Part shown: positions 11,388 to 20,512 of the stretch, one piece after another | Position numbering within the stretch: the first letter of the stretch is position 1 | Layout: every line of letters begins with the position of its first letter | Assembly: GCF_045110935.1 (NCBI RefSeq) | Contig: NZ_JBJGWJ010000009.1 | Reading direction: 5' to 3' (one strand) | Source: Capnocytophaga stomatis | Lineage (GTDB): Bacteria; Bacteroidota; Bacteroidia; Flavobacteriales; Flavobacteriaceae | DNA length: 64,000 nucleotides | The notes under the pieces: generated by a model | Told to the model about the DNA's origin: nothing | The model's database searches: none | The model's input: only the letters and a program-made list of their open reading frames with translations | Position numbers and translations under genes: made by a program

Positions 11388-11984
11388 ATGTTAAAAAAAT
11401 GGATTTTTTTGATTGCGGTAACGGTTTTGGGAATAGCTTGCAACGAGAAACAAGCTCGTCGTCCTATTTCTGTTAAAAGCGGTAATACTTTTCTGAAAGA
11501 GTCAGCGGAAAAAAATAAAAAATTACTCAGTTCGGAGGAAGCTCTCATTGATTCCATCATCAAAAAAGATACATTACACCATTTTATTGATTCACAACAC
11601 GGATTCAAGTTCTATTACACTCGGCAAAACCCTGAGGCTACTTACACAGCTGAGTTTGGGGACAAGGTAACTTACAACTACAGCATTTCCGACATCAACG
11701 GAAATGAAATTTATGAAGAATCAAAAGAAGGTGATTATCAATATTTTGTTGAAAAAGAAGAGCTTTTCTTAGGACTTCGGTCTGCTTTAAAAATTTTGAA
11801 AGAAGCAGAAAGTGGCGTTTTCTTTTTTCCTTCGGAAATTGCCTACGGATATCGTGGAGATAAAGACAAAATTGAAAGCAATCAACCCATTATTGCAAAA
11901 ATACGAGTAACAAAAATTGAAAAAAATAAAAATACACAGGAAATAATTAATAATCAAAAAGATACAATTCAGAAACCAAATTAA
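11388..11984 (+). CDS. FKBP-type peptidyl-prolyl isomerase lipoprotein (GldI-like)
   Basis: 198 aa with a lipobox (LGIAC) and an FKBP-like fold (…FFFPSEIAYGYRGDKDKIESNQPIIAKIRVTKIE). It is adjacent to a second PPIase, as at gliding-motility gldI loci in Flavobacteria. Confidence 0.6.
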   Translation: MLKKWIFLIAVTVLGIACNEKQARRPISVKSGNTFLKESAEKNKKLLSSEEALIDSIIKKDTLHHFIDSQHGFKFYYTRQNPEATYTAEFGDKVTYNYSISDINGNEIYEESKEGDYQYFVEKEELFLGLRSALKILKEAESGVFFFPSEIAYGYRGDKDKIESNQPIIAKIRVTKIEKNKNTQEIINNQKDTIQKPN

Positions 11985-12029
11985 ATCAATCAAATTTTAA
12001 AGTAAAATTTAATTAAAAATCAATATTTT

Positions 12030-13154
12030 ATGAAACGAATGAATGTAATTATGTTGTTATTTGCAACGGCAATTTTCTTCAGTTGTAAATCACAGAAAAC
12101 GTCTAACTTAGGAGATGGATTATTTGCTGATATTCAGACTAATAAAGGGAATATCGTCATAAAACTTAACTATAAAGAAACACCCGTTACTGTGGCAAAC
12201 TTTGTAACATTGGCTGAGGGTACAAACTCTTTTGTAAAAAGCGAATTTAAAGGAAAACCTTACTACAATGGTGTAATTTTTCATCGTGTTATCAAGGATT
12301 TTATGATTCAAGGCGGCGACCCAACAGGAACAGGAATGGGCGACCCGGGCTATCGTTTTGAAGATGAATTTGTTGAGCATTTAAAACACGACAAAAAAGG
12401 AATTCTATCAATGGCTAATGCAGGTCCCGCAACCAATGGTAGTCAGTTCTTTATAACTCACGTACCAACTCCTCATTTGGATGGCAGACATACTGTTTTC
12501 GGCGAAACCGTTGAAGGATTGGAAGTAATTGATTCCATCGCCAATGTAGCCACTGCAGAAGCTAACAGACCTGTTGAAGACGTGAAAATCAACAATGTTT
12601 TGATTATCCGCAATGGAAAAGAAGCTGAAAAATTCAATGCTACAAAAACTATCGAAGATTATTTTGCCAACGCAGAAAAAAGAGAAAAAGAAAGAGAAAA
12701 TAAAATCAAAGAAGCTGTAAATTCTTTCTTAGCTGAAGTAAAAGAGCAAGAACCTAAAGCTAAAGCCCTTCCTTCAGGAGTTAAAATTTTTACTTTGAAA
12801 GAAAGCAAAGGAGAAACTCCTAAACACACACAGCAAGTTTTAGTAAATTATGCAGGATATCTAACTGATGGTACGTTGTTTGACTCAAACATAAAAGAGA
12901 TTGAAGAGGCTTTCGGAAAATACAACATAGCTCGCGACAGAGGCAATGGATACACCCCGATACCTATGCAATACAGCAAATCTGCACAATTAATCCCCGG
13001 ATTTAAAGAAGCTTTACTTACCCTAAAAGTGGGTGAAAAAGTGCGTGTTTTCATCCCTTCTGCCTTAGCCTACGGAGAAAGAGGAGCTCAAGGAGTTATT
13101 CCACCAAATAGTGATTTAATTTTTGACATTGAGGTTCTGGGAATTGCACAATAG
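12030..13154 (+). CDS. Bifunctional peptidyl-prolyl isomerase lipoprotein (cyclophilin domain + FKBP domain)
   Basis: 374 aa with a lipobox (FFSCKS). The N-terminal cyclophilin motifs are [21 protein letters not shown] and [15 protein letters not shown]. The C-terminal FKBP motif is [23 protein letters not shown]. Confidence 0.8.
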   Translation: MKRMNVIMLLFATAIFFSCKSQKTSNLGDGLFADIQTNKGNIVIKLNYKETPVTVANFVTLAEGTNSFVKSEFKGKPYYNGVIFHRVIKDFMIQGGDPTGTGMGDPGYRFEDEFVEHLKHDKKGILSMANAGPATNGSQFFITHVPTPHLDGRHTVFGETVEGLEVIDSIANVATAEANRPVEDVKINNVLIIRNGKEAEKFNATKTIEDYFANAEKREKERENKIKEAVNSFLAEVKEQEPKAKALPSGVKIFTLKESKGETPKHTQQVLVNYAGYLTDGTLFDSNIKEIEEAFGKYNIARDRGNGYTPIPMQYSKSAQLIPGFKEALLTLKVGEKVRVFIPSALAYGERGAQGVIPPNSDLIFDIEVLGIAQ

Positions 13155-13179
13155 AAAAATAGAATCTTTTTAAATACGA

Positions 13180-13217
13180 AACAGTAGTTATTAATTTAGC
13201 TACTGTTTTCTTTTTTT
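13180..13217 (+). terminator. Rho-independent terminator after the PPIase gene
   Basis: An 11-bp stem (13180-13190 / 13197-13207, one G-U pair) with a 6-nt loop. It is followed by TTCTTTTTTT. Confidence 0.6.
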
Positions 13218-13346
13218 GTCAAATCAAACAAAACTAAAAATTATAGTTTAAAAACTATAAAAAATAGTTGTTTAACTTATTTTTTTAGTTTACATTTGCA
13301 TCAAAATAAATTCGTTATCTCATTCATTAATTATAAGTATATAAAA

Positions 13347-13706
13347 ATGAAAAACTTAACATCAAAAGAGGAAGAAATTATGTCTTTTTTTTGGGAAGAA
13401 GGAAAACTGTTTGTAAAGCAAATTTTAGAAAAGTACGATGAACCAAAACCTCATTTTAACACAATTTCCACTTATGTAAGAGCATTGGAAGAGAAAGGTT
13501 TTTTATCACACGAGGCTTTCGGAACGTCATATCAGTATTTTGCCATCATTTCAAAAGAAGATTATCAAAACCGAACGCTAAAGAATGTGGTAAAAAAATA
13601 CTTCGGAAATTCATATCTGAATGTGGTAAATACGTTTATCAAGTCCGAAAAATTATCGGTAGAGGAAATCCGAAAACTATTAGATGAAATTGATAATAAA
13701 TCCTGA
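13347..13706 (+). CDS. blaI: BlaI/MecI/CopY-family transcriptional repressor
   Basis: About 119 aa from MKNLTSKEEEIMSFFWEEGKLFVKQIL… (winged-helix penicillinase-repressor fold). I chose the internal Met start; the ORF track opens at 13296. The gene precedes a BlaR1-type M56 peptidase. Confidence 0.8.
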   Translation: MKNLTSKEEEIMSFFWEEGKLFVKQILEKYDEPKPHFNTISTYVRALEEKGFLSHEAFGTSYQYFAIISKEDYQNRTLKNVVKKYFGNSYLNVVNTFIKSEKLSVEEIRKLLDEIDNKS

Positions 13707-15054
13707 TTATTCTATGGAAAATTTACTTTTATTTGGATTTAAAAACCTAATTTTCACAGGAGTACTATGGATTGCATATCGCTTTTTCATCAGTGGAAAT
13801 ACATTTCATCAAGCAAACCGAATTATCATTTTGTTAATTTTCGCGGGTGGAATTTTGCTTCCTTTTACGAAAATCCACTTACCTGAATTCAATTTTCTGA
13901 AAGAAGTACAAACCTCGTCAGATTTTCTGCTTCCACTTGTTGAAAAAAATGATAAAATCGAAGTAGGTAAAAACACCAACAACCAACTGATTTATAATAT
14001 TTTAATAACAATTTACGGATTAGGAGTTCTATTCTTTAGTTTTCGCTATATTATTGGTTTGGTGTCACTTATAAGAATTTTGAAAAACTCCCAAAAAAAG
14101 CAACTTCCAAATGGTGTTTTCGTGCATATTACAACAGAGAATGTGCTTCCGTTTAGTTGGTTCAAATATATTGTGCTTTCGGAAAAAAATCCAACGTATT
14201 ATTCTGAAAATGTGATATTTCACGAAATGGCTCACGCTGATTATCGTCATTCGTGGGATTTACTTTTTACTGAATTATATCGCATTTTATTCTGGTGGAA
14301 TCCGTTTGTTTGGCTACTCAAAAAGGAGCTTATGCAAGTTCACGAATTTCAAGCTGACCAAAAGGTAATTCAACAAACAAACGATGCTAATTTATATCGT
14401 AAAGAATTGATAATCCAGTGTGTTGGAGCCAAGAAAGTAGCCTTTGCACACAATTTTGAAACAAGTAATTTAAAAAAACGTATTTATATGACAATGAGAG
14501 ACAAATCAACAGGAAAAGCCAAATGGAGCTACGGAACGCTCATTTTAGCAACAAGTGCGGTAATGTTTTTATTTTCAAACGAAACATTACAAGCACAAGA
14601 AAAGGAGACAAAAAACACTTCTGAAATTGAAGTTGTTGGTCACAAAAACGCAAAAAATCAGGATATTATAAATGACCCTGAAGTTATTGTGATTTTAGAT
14701 GAAAAAAAAGTGGAAAATTCTGTATTACAGCAAATAAACCCTGACGAAATTGCAAATATTTCGGTTTTAAAAGACAAAAAATCTATTGGAGCTTATGGAG
14801 AAAAAGGGAAAAAAGGCGTAATCAAAGTAACTACCAAGAAACTTTCCACCGAGCCAAACAAGGAGGTTGAAAAATCAAAAATCACCAATGATGCGTTACT
14901 AATTGTAGATGGAAAAGAATTAGATATCAGTAATTTAGAAAAGATAGACCCTAAAAATATTGAATCTATAACCGTTTTAAAAAACAAAAAATCCACAGAC
15001 GCTTACGGAGAAAAAGGCAAAAATGGTGTGATTTTAGTTGTAACTAAAAAATAA
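13684..15054 (+). CDS. BlaR1-like M56 family membrane metallopeptidase with a C-terminal duplicated SusC-plug-like motif
   Basis: 456 aa with N-terminal TM helices and the HEXXH zinc motif (FHEMAHADYRH). The C-terminus carries two copies of …I(S/T)VLK(D/N)KKS(I/T)(G/D)AYGEKGK(K/N)GVI(K/L)V(T/V)TKK. The start could be the MENLL Met at 13714. Confidence 0.8.
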   Translation: MKLIINPDYSMENLLLFGFKNLIFTGVLWIAYRFFISGNTFHQANRIIILLIFAGGILLPFTKIHLPEFNFLKEVQTSSDFLLPLVEKNDKIEVGKNTNNQLIYNILITIYGLGVLFFSFRYIIGLVSLIRILKNSQKKQLPNGVFVHITTENVLPFSWFKYIVLSEKNPTYYSENVIFHEMAHADYRHSWDLLFTELYRILFWWNPFVWLLKKELMQVHEFQADQKVIQQTNDANLYRKELIIQCVGAKKVAFAHNFETSNLKKRIYMTMRDKSTGKAKWSYGTLILATSAVMFLFSNETLQAQEKETKNTSEIEVVGHKNAKNQDIINDPEVIVILDEKKVENSVLQQINPDEIANISVLKDKKSIGAYGEKGKKGVIKVTTKKLSTEPNKEVEKSKITNDALLIVDGKELDISNLEKIDPKNIESITVLKNKKSTDAYGEKGKNGVILVVTKK

Positions 15055-15191
15055 TTTTTACTACAACATAACATCTCTTCAAAAAACGCTACAATGTGGC
15101 GTTTTTTTATTTTTAAAGAATTTTATTCAAAAACAAATCATACATCAAAAGTTTGAATAAAACATTGTACTTTTGCTAAAAATCTGAAAAT

Positions 15192-16004
15192 TTGCAATTT
15201 CTTTTAAATATACGTCATTTTTACAAACCTTTTCAGCCGATAGCCCAATTCGCTGATAATGTTTCTTATACGGAAATTTTTCCCAATGAGAAGTTATTGC
15301 CTTTTATCTATTGTTATTGGCAACTCAAAACAGAACCACAACTTACTGAAAACTATCAACATAGAGTGATTTCCGATGGTTGTATCGATGTCTTTTTTGA
15401 GTTGAATAATCCCGAAGAGAGTTACCTTATGGGCTTTTGTAAAAGTTATACCGAATTTCCTCTGGGCAGGCAATTTAACTATGTGGGAGTGCGATTTTTG
15501 CCCTCTGCTTTTCCGTTGATTTTCAAGCAAGATGCTAAGGAATTGAGCAATAATGACATTCGTTTGGATTTAGTTTTGTCCGATTTGGCGACATTTATTG
15601 TACAAAAATTCAGTAACACACAAAATTTGCAACAGATTAAAAATAAATTAGATACATTTTTTATCAAATTTTTGGAGAAGGCTGATTTTAGTATAGACAA
15701 TCGATTTTCCAAAGCTTTGGAAATTATTCTAAAATCAAGAGGTAATACACGGATATTGAGAGATTTAGACACAGGAATTAGCCCTCGTCATCTCCGCCGA
15801 TTATTTGAATTTTACATTGGTGACACGGCAAAAACTTTCAGCCAAGTAGTTCGTTTTCAGTCTTTTATGAATAATAAAATTTCTATACAAAACACTGACA
15901 ATCAACTATTTTATGATATGGGCTATTACGACCAATCGCATTTTATCAAGGAATTTAAAACTTTTTATGGAGGAACACCAAGTAAAGTTTTTCAAAATCA
16001 TTAA
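15192..16004 (+). CDS. AraC-family transcriptional regulator
   Basis: 270 aa. The C-terminal HTH_AraC signature is …MGYYDQSHFIKEFKTFYGGTPSKV. The N-terminal part is a ligand-binding domain. Confidence 0.75.
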   Translation: MQFLLNIRHFYKPFQPIAQFADNVSYTEIFPNEKLLPFIYCYWQLKTEPQLTENYQHRVISDGCIDVFFELNNPEESYLMGFCKSYTEFPLGRQFNYVGVRFLPSAFPLIFKQDAKELSNNDIRLDLVLSDLATFIVQKFSNTQNLQQIKNKLDTFFIKFLEKADFSIDNRFSKALEIILKSRGNTRILRDLDTGISPRHLRRLFEFYIGDTAKTFSQVVRFQSFMNNKISIQNTDNQLFYDMGYYDQSHFIKEFKTFYGGTPSKVFQNH

Positions 16005-16013
16005 ATTAAAAAA

Positions 16014-16139
16014 ATGGAAAAATTTATCGATTATATACAAACCTTAGCTCCTATTCCTTCCGTACCCAATTGCCTTTATTTCAATGATGAAGATGTTTGT
16101 TATGGCGAATATTGCGAATTAGAATTTAATCAAGAATGA
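16014..16139 (+). CDS. Hypothetical 41-aa acidic Cys-containing peptide (MEKFIDYIQTLAPIPSVPNCLYFNDEDVCYGEYCELEFNQE)
   Basis: The ATG lies 10 nt after the AraC stop. I hand-translated this ORF; it is below the ORF-track length cutoff. A strong terminator follows it. Confidence 0.25.
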   Translation: MEKFIDYIQTLAPIPSVPNCLYFNDEDVCYGEYCELEFNQE

Positions 16140-16212
16140 AGAGATATTCATCTTGATAAAGAAGATTATAACATATATTTCACATCAAATCAACATATTA
16201 ACTTTTACAAAC

Positions 16213-16246
16213 AAAAAAGGACGTATTTTACACGTCCTTTTGTTTT
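16213..16246. terminator. Bidirectional rho-independent terminator (serves the + strand unit and the minus-strand rtcB)
   Basis: A 9-bp stem (AAAGGACGT/ACGTCCTTT) with a 7-nt loop. A T-tract follows on the + strand (TTGTTTTGG). On the minus strand it is followed by TTTTTTGTTTGT. Confidence 0.6.
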
Positions 16247-16303
16247 GGCTACAATGTTATTCGTAATTTATTTTCTTCATTTTGGTAAAAAATGCTCGCC
16301 GTA

Positions 16304-17695
16304 TTACGATTCCATTCTCACAATTCTGGGTTGAAAACGACCTAAAATATCTACCAAATCGGTTTGGGCATTCATCACCTCATTGATGTTTTTGTATGCC
16401 ATTGGAGCTTCTTCGGCATTACCTCCGATGAGTGTTACTTTCTTGTTTTTCAGTTCTTTTTTGATGTCGCTTTGAGTGAAAAGTGTTTTGCACGCAGCTC
16501 GCGAATGAAGCCTTCCTGCACCGTGCGATGCCGAACACAACGAATCGGTATTTCCTCTTCCGCGAACGATAAAACCTTTCTCCGTCATCGATGCGGGAAT
16601 AATGCCAAGTTCTCCTTCACCTGCGGGAGTCGCCCCTTTGCGATGAACGATAACTTCTTTGCCGTTGTGAACTTCTTTCCAAGCAAAATTATGATGATTT
16701 TCAATCCGTGCCTTGAGTCGCCCACCAATGGCTTTTATCAGCCGGCGATGAATATCGTAATGACAAGCCGAAGCATAATCTCCGGCAAGGTTCATCGCTG
16801 TCCAATACTCCAAACCGAGATGCGTACTGAGGTCGAGCCACGCAAATTGCTGAGCTTCTTTAGGTAACGGACATTGTTCTATTGCTTTTCGTACGTAATA
16901 TTGAGCAATTTCCGCCCCGAAACCTCGCGAACCACTGTGCGATAAAATGCCCAGATATTTGCCTTTCGGTAACCCGATTTGCGGGTCTTCCTCCAGAATT
17001 TCTACCTCTCCGAATTCCACAAAATGATTGCCTCCGCCGGAAGTTCCCATTTGCTTGATAGCTTTGCCTTTCAATCGTTTAAGGATTGGAATAAGGTCGA
17101 AAGTATCTCGGTCGAAAATTTCGTGTTCAATATGTGATTTATGTGTTTCATACATTCCAAACTTGGTGTGTTCCACGAGCATTTTTTCGTATTTGTCCTT
17201 CGCACCATCGAGATATGAAACGGGTACATCTAAGATACTCAAACACATACGGCAACCAATATCCAATCCCACGCCATACGGAATTACAGCGTTTTCTACT
17301 GCTAAAACACCTCCGATAGGCAAGCCGTAACCACTGTGAGCATCGGGCATCAACGCTCCGTTTACCGAGATGGGCAGTTTTAAAGCCGTGTAAAGTTGGT
17401 TTTTGGCTTCTTCCGAAATGTTACTTCCAAAGATTTTAAAATCAGCTCTTTGGGCATTGAGTTGGCGTTTTTCTGTTTTTTTGGAAGAAAGCAAGGCTTC
17501 GGCGATTTGCCCGAAAGTCAGATGTTTTTCAAAATCTTTCGGGTTTGCCAAAATTTCTTTCAATAAAGATTTTATATACGCCTGATTTTTATCGTTAAAA
17601 TTGCGTTTCATTACTTCCAACGCCACATTAACCGATTGATTATTAGGATATCCTAACTTTAATATATCTTTTCCTTTTAATTTTAAATTTCCCAT
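16304..17695 (-). CDS. rtcB: RNA-splicing ligase RtcB (3'-phosphate/5'-hydroxyl RNA ligase)
   Basis: 463 aa carrying RtcB metal/GTP-site motifs (…GGGNHFVEFGEV…, …HSGSRGFG…, …ASHGAGR…). Confidence 0.9.
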   Translation of the reverse strand: MGNLKLKGKDILKLGYPNNQSVNVALEVMKRNFNDKNQAYIKSLLKEILANPKDFEKHLTFGQIAEALLSSKKTEKRQLNAQRADFKIFGSNISEEAKNQLYTALKLPISVNGALMPDAHSGYGLPIGGVLAVENAVIPYGVGLDIGCRMCLSILDVPVSYLDGAKDKYEKMLVEHTKFGMYETHKSHIEHEIFDRDTFDLIPILKRLKGKAIKQMGTSGGGNHFVEFGEVEILEEDPQIGLPKGKYLGILSHSGSRGFGAEIAQYYVRKAIEQCPLPKEAQQFAWLDLSTHLGLEYWTAMNLAGDYASACHYDIHRRLIKAIGGRLKARIENHHNFAWKEVHNGKEVIVHRKGATPAGEGELGIIPASMTEKGFIVRGRGNTDSLCSASHGAGRLHSRAACKTLFTQSDIKKELKNKKVTLIGGNAEEAPMAYKNINEVMNAQTDLVDILGRFQPRIVRMES

Positions 17696-17716
17696 TGTTT
17701 TATTTTCAAATTGTTT

Positions 17717-18292
17717 TTACTCTATAAGTTCATCATAAGAACTTAAAAATCTTGAGGGAACTTCATCAGTGAGCCAAACACCATTTTCCGAAAGGTAGAA
17801 CAAATATCCTTCATTGAGCATTTTGCAAGTATCTATCTGAAAAACAAAAACTTCTCCGTGTCGGCTACCTACTTTTTGAGCGGTTTCCAAATCTTTGCTC
17901 AAGTGTACGTATTGTCTGTTTTGTTTCTGAATACCTTTTTGATAAATACTTTGCACAAAACGCTGAGCTGTACCGTGATACAAAATGGCGGGAGGCTTCT
18001 GCGGAAGTAACTCCAAGTCCACCGAAACCGAATGTCCTTGATTAGCTCTGATTTTGGTAAAATCAGCTGAGAAACTGTATCGTTGTTTGTTGTCAGAAGC
18101 GACAATCTCTTTGAGAATGCCCAAATCAATACCAAATTTCGGATAAAGTTTTTTTATTAAGGTTTCAGTATCTGTCCAGCCATTTTTGTCCAATGTTATT
18201 CCGATAATTTCGGGACTGTGCCTCAAAACCAAACTGATAAACTTACTGATTCTGTTATAATTATCTTTGTTTCTTAAATCTTTTTGCTTCAT
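17717..18292 (-). CDS. kptA: RNA 2'-phosphotransferase KptA/Tpt1
   Basis: 191 aa with the Tpt1 motifs ISLVLRHSPE, LYHGTAQRF and HLSKD. The gene overlaps its upstream neighbour by 4 nt. Confidence 0.8.
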   Translation of the reverse strand: MKQKDLRNKDNYNRISKFISLVLRHSPEIIGITLDKNGWTDTETLIKKLYPKFGIDLGILKEIVASDNKQRYSFSADFTKIRANQGHSVSVDLELLPQKPPAILYHGTAQRFVQSIYQKGIQKQNRQYVHLSKDLETAQKVGSRHGEVFVFQIDTCKMLNEGYLFYLSENGVWLTDEVPSRFLSSYDELIE

Positions 18293-18837
18293 TTTTCTAC
18301 TAAATTATCTATTTCTCTGTACTCCTCTTCATCGAAATAATCATCACAAATGGTTTGATATTTTTTGATGAGTGATTGCAAGGCGTTTTTGTAGCCCAAA
18401 TCCCATAAAAGTAAGGCAGCGTGATACACGATTATTTCATCAGTATATCTTTCATTTTCAGAATATTGTACAATCAAATTTTTCTCAATAAAATCAAAAG
18501 TTTCCGCTATCATCTCTGATTTTAACTCTGGGTTTTTGATAAAAAAAGAAATCAATCCTATACGCGTACAACATTCGTGGGTAATACTCGTGCCAAGCCA
18601 AGATTTCCAAACTTGCATTAGTACTTCATTATCAATGTAATAACTATTCATTACATCTAACAGAAAATTCGTTTTGAGCTTGTCATATTGGCTTAAATCC
18701 AATTTTGTATTCAGATATTCAACTTGTTTATTTACAGGAAGTTTCTGAAACTCAAAAAACAACCTATTCTTTTCTTCTTGTAGTTCTAACATTTGTGCGA
18801 TATAGTCTTTCATTTTTCTTAATTTTAAATTTTTCAC
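18289..18837 (-). CDS. Hypothetical protein (182 aa), translationally coupled within the rtcB operon
   Basis: Open frame with 4-nt overlaps on both sides. I recognise no motif in it. Confidence 0.5.
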   Translation of the reverse strand: MKNLKLRKMKDYIAQMLELQEEKNRLFFEFQKLPVNKQVEYLNTKLDLSQYDKLKTNFLLDVMNSYYIDNEVLMQVWKSWLGTSITHECCTRIGLISFFIKNPELKSEMIAETFDFIEKNLIVQYSENERYTDEIIVYHAALLLWDLGYKNALQSLIKKYQTICDDYFDEEEYREIDNLVEK

Positions 18838-19142
18838 TGTGTAACGTTTTTGATAATCGTTTGATATTCCGCTCCTCTGTCAGGGTTTTCATCGGATAAT
18901 ATCACTAATAATTTTTCTATTTCACGCATTACTTTTGTTTGGTAACTTTCTGCTTGTGATTGTGTTGAGAAAAAATCTGTGTGCATAAATTCTCCGTACA
19001 CGCCCAGCGTTACCGAAAAAGGAGCAGTCAATCCGTCTTTTTCTATCGTTATTCTGGCTCCGTCACTATGTTCTAAATCGGAAATAATAATTCCTTCCTC
19101 CGAACCTCGTTTTCCTATATTTTTTCTATTGTTTTTCCACAT
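18834..19142 (-). CDS. Hypothetical protein (102 aa), within the rtcB/prfH operon
   Basis: Open frame with a 4-nt overlap to the downstream gene. I recognise no motif in it. Confidence 0.45.
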   Translation of the reverse strand: MWKNNRKNIGKRGSEEGIIISDLEHSDGARITIEKDGLTAPFSVTLGVYGEFMHTDFFSTQSQAESYQTKVMREIEKLLVILSDENPDRGAEYQTIIKNVTQ

Positions 19143-19242
19143 TTTTATAATAGTTAATGATTTTTTGGCAAAACTACTGACAAATGTCTACGCCATCAAG
19201 AAATGAGCGTCTACAAAGTGTCTACAAGGTGATAATTAACAA

Positions 19243-19926
19243 TTATTCATCAAAATTGATTTTTTTATTTTTTGTTCGTTCTTTTTTGTAAGATTTATCC
19301 ACAAAATTCCGTTTGAAATCTGTTCCCGAAAAGGTACGAACCGCATTGCCTCTCGCTACTTGCTGATGATTGTTCCACTGATTTTGAGCCTGTTGCTTGA
19401 GTTTCTCCAATTCAAAAAGTTGCAATTTTTCTTTAATTCGGCTGATGGCTAACTTCTTGTTTTCCAATTGCGAACGCGTATCCTGCACAAAAACACTCAC
19501 TCCCGAAGGCTGATGCGTAGCCCGAACCGCCGAGTTTACTTTATTAACATTTTGTCCGCCACTGCCTTGCGAACGCACCATTTGAAACGAAATATCGCTT
19601 TCACGAAACACCGCTTTTTCCGATGGAGAAAGCTCAAAAACGCCAATAAACCAGTTCGACCGCTGGTGAAATTTCCTAAAAGTGGATTTTCCCACCCAAC
19701 AAACCGAACCGAGCCAATTCTTTAAAAAAGCCTGTAAATCAGTTCCTTTCAAAAGAAGTGTGACGGATTTTAAGGTTAAGTTTTCGTCGCCTTCTTCTCG
19801 GTGCAGGATTTCTGTTTGTATGCTATTTTCTTTGGCTTCTTGCAAAAATATTTTCAATACTTTGGCTACTACCCATTGGCATTCCAAAGGTCCTTTTCCT
19901 GAAGTTATTTGTATGATTTTTTCCAT
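19243..19926 (-). CDS. prfH: Peptide chain release factor H (PrfH, RF2-like GGQ protein lacking the codon-recognition domain)
   Basis: 227 aa. It has the GGQ motif (SGGQNVNKVNSAVRATH) and an N-terminus MEKIIQITSGKGPLEC typical of PrfH. Its short length fits PrfH. It co-localises with rtcB. Confidence 0.8.
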   Translation of the reverse strand: MEKIIQITSGKGPLECQWVVAKVLKIFLQEAKENSIQTEILHREEGDENLTLKSVTLLLKGTDLQAFLKNWLGSVCWVGKSTFRKFHQRSNWFIGVFELSPSEKAVFRESDISFQMVRSQGSGGQNVNKVNSAVRATHQPSGVSVFVQDTRSQLENKKLAISRIKEKLQLFELEKLKQQAQNQWNNHQQVARGNAVRTFSGTDFKRNFVDKSYKKERTKNKKINFDE

Positions 19927-20507
19927 TTTTCTAAGATTTTAAGTACAATTTCTTTGTTTTTTTTAATTTTGATAAAAGTCGGAAGTTTTGCCACCATCGT
20001 CATTCCTTTTCGAGGACGCAAATCCGAACTGATGTAATTTTCTATTTCCAACAAATGTTTATCATTTTTCGCCCAAAACAAATTCCCCCGAACGTTTTCC
20101 TGAAAGAAATAAGGCAACCCCAAAGTATTATCGCACATCAATCCGTTTGCTTTATCGGTATTGATTCTTTCAAAAATTGGGTCGTATTTCGGATGAACCA
20201 AGAGTGAATGATTGCATTTTTTGCATTTTACGGGAACAAACTGCTGTTTTTCCTTTATATTTTCCTGTTTTATTTCAATGGAATTGCCACAAAACGGACA
20301 ATTGAGCTTAATAATGAGGTTAAAAAGCAATAAATCGCCACTTTTTTTGACTAAACCACAGTGATTACACCTCAAAACAGAATGATTTGGGAAAGTTTCA
20401 CCCGTATGACGGATAACCGCACTTTTTTGACAATTCGGGCAAACCACCCAATTTCCGTTTTCCCACAAGTGAGTATATTTTTCTTTATATATCTTTTTCA
20501 TTTTCAA
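19905..20507 (-). CDS. Hypothetical multi-CxxC zinc-ribbon protein (200 aa)
   Basis: Four Cys pairs (CPNC…CNHC, CPFC…, CKKC) suggest two zinc ribbons. The frame overlaps the prfH start by 22 nt. Confidence 0.5.
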   Translation of the reverse strand: MKMKKIYKEKYTHLWENGNWVVCPNCQKSAVIRHTGETFPNHSVLRCNHCGLVKKSGDLLLFNLIIKLNCPFCGNSIEIKQENIKEKQQFVPVKCKKCNHSLLVHPKYDPIFERINTDKANGLMCDNTLGLPYFFQENVRGNLFWAKNDKHLLEIENYISSDLRPRKGMTMVAKLPTFIKIKKNKEIVLKILEKWKKSYK

Positions 20508-20512
20508 TACAT

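Noticed and set aside
16364-17585. Several + strand ORFs (167, 100, 61 and 60 aa)
   Set aside because: They are antisense to the well-supported rtcB gene.
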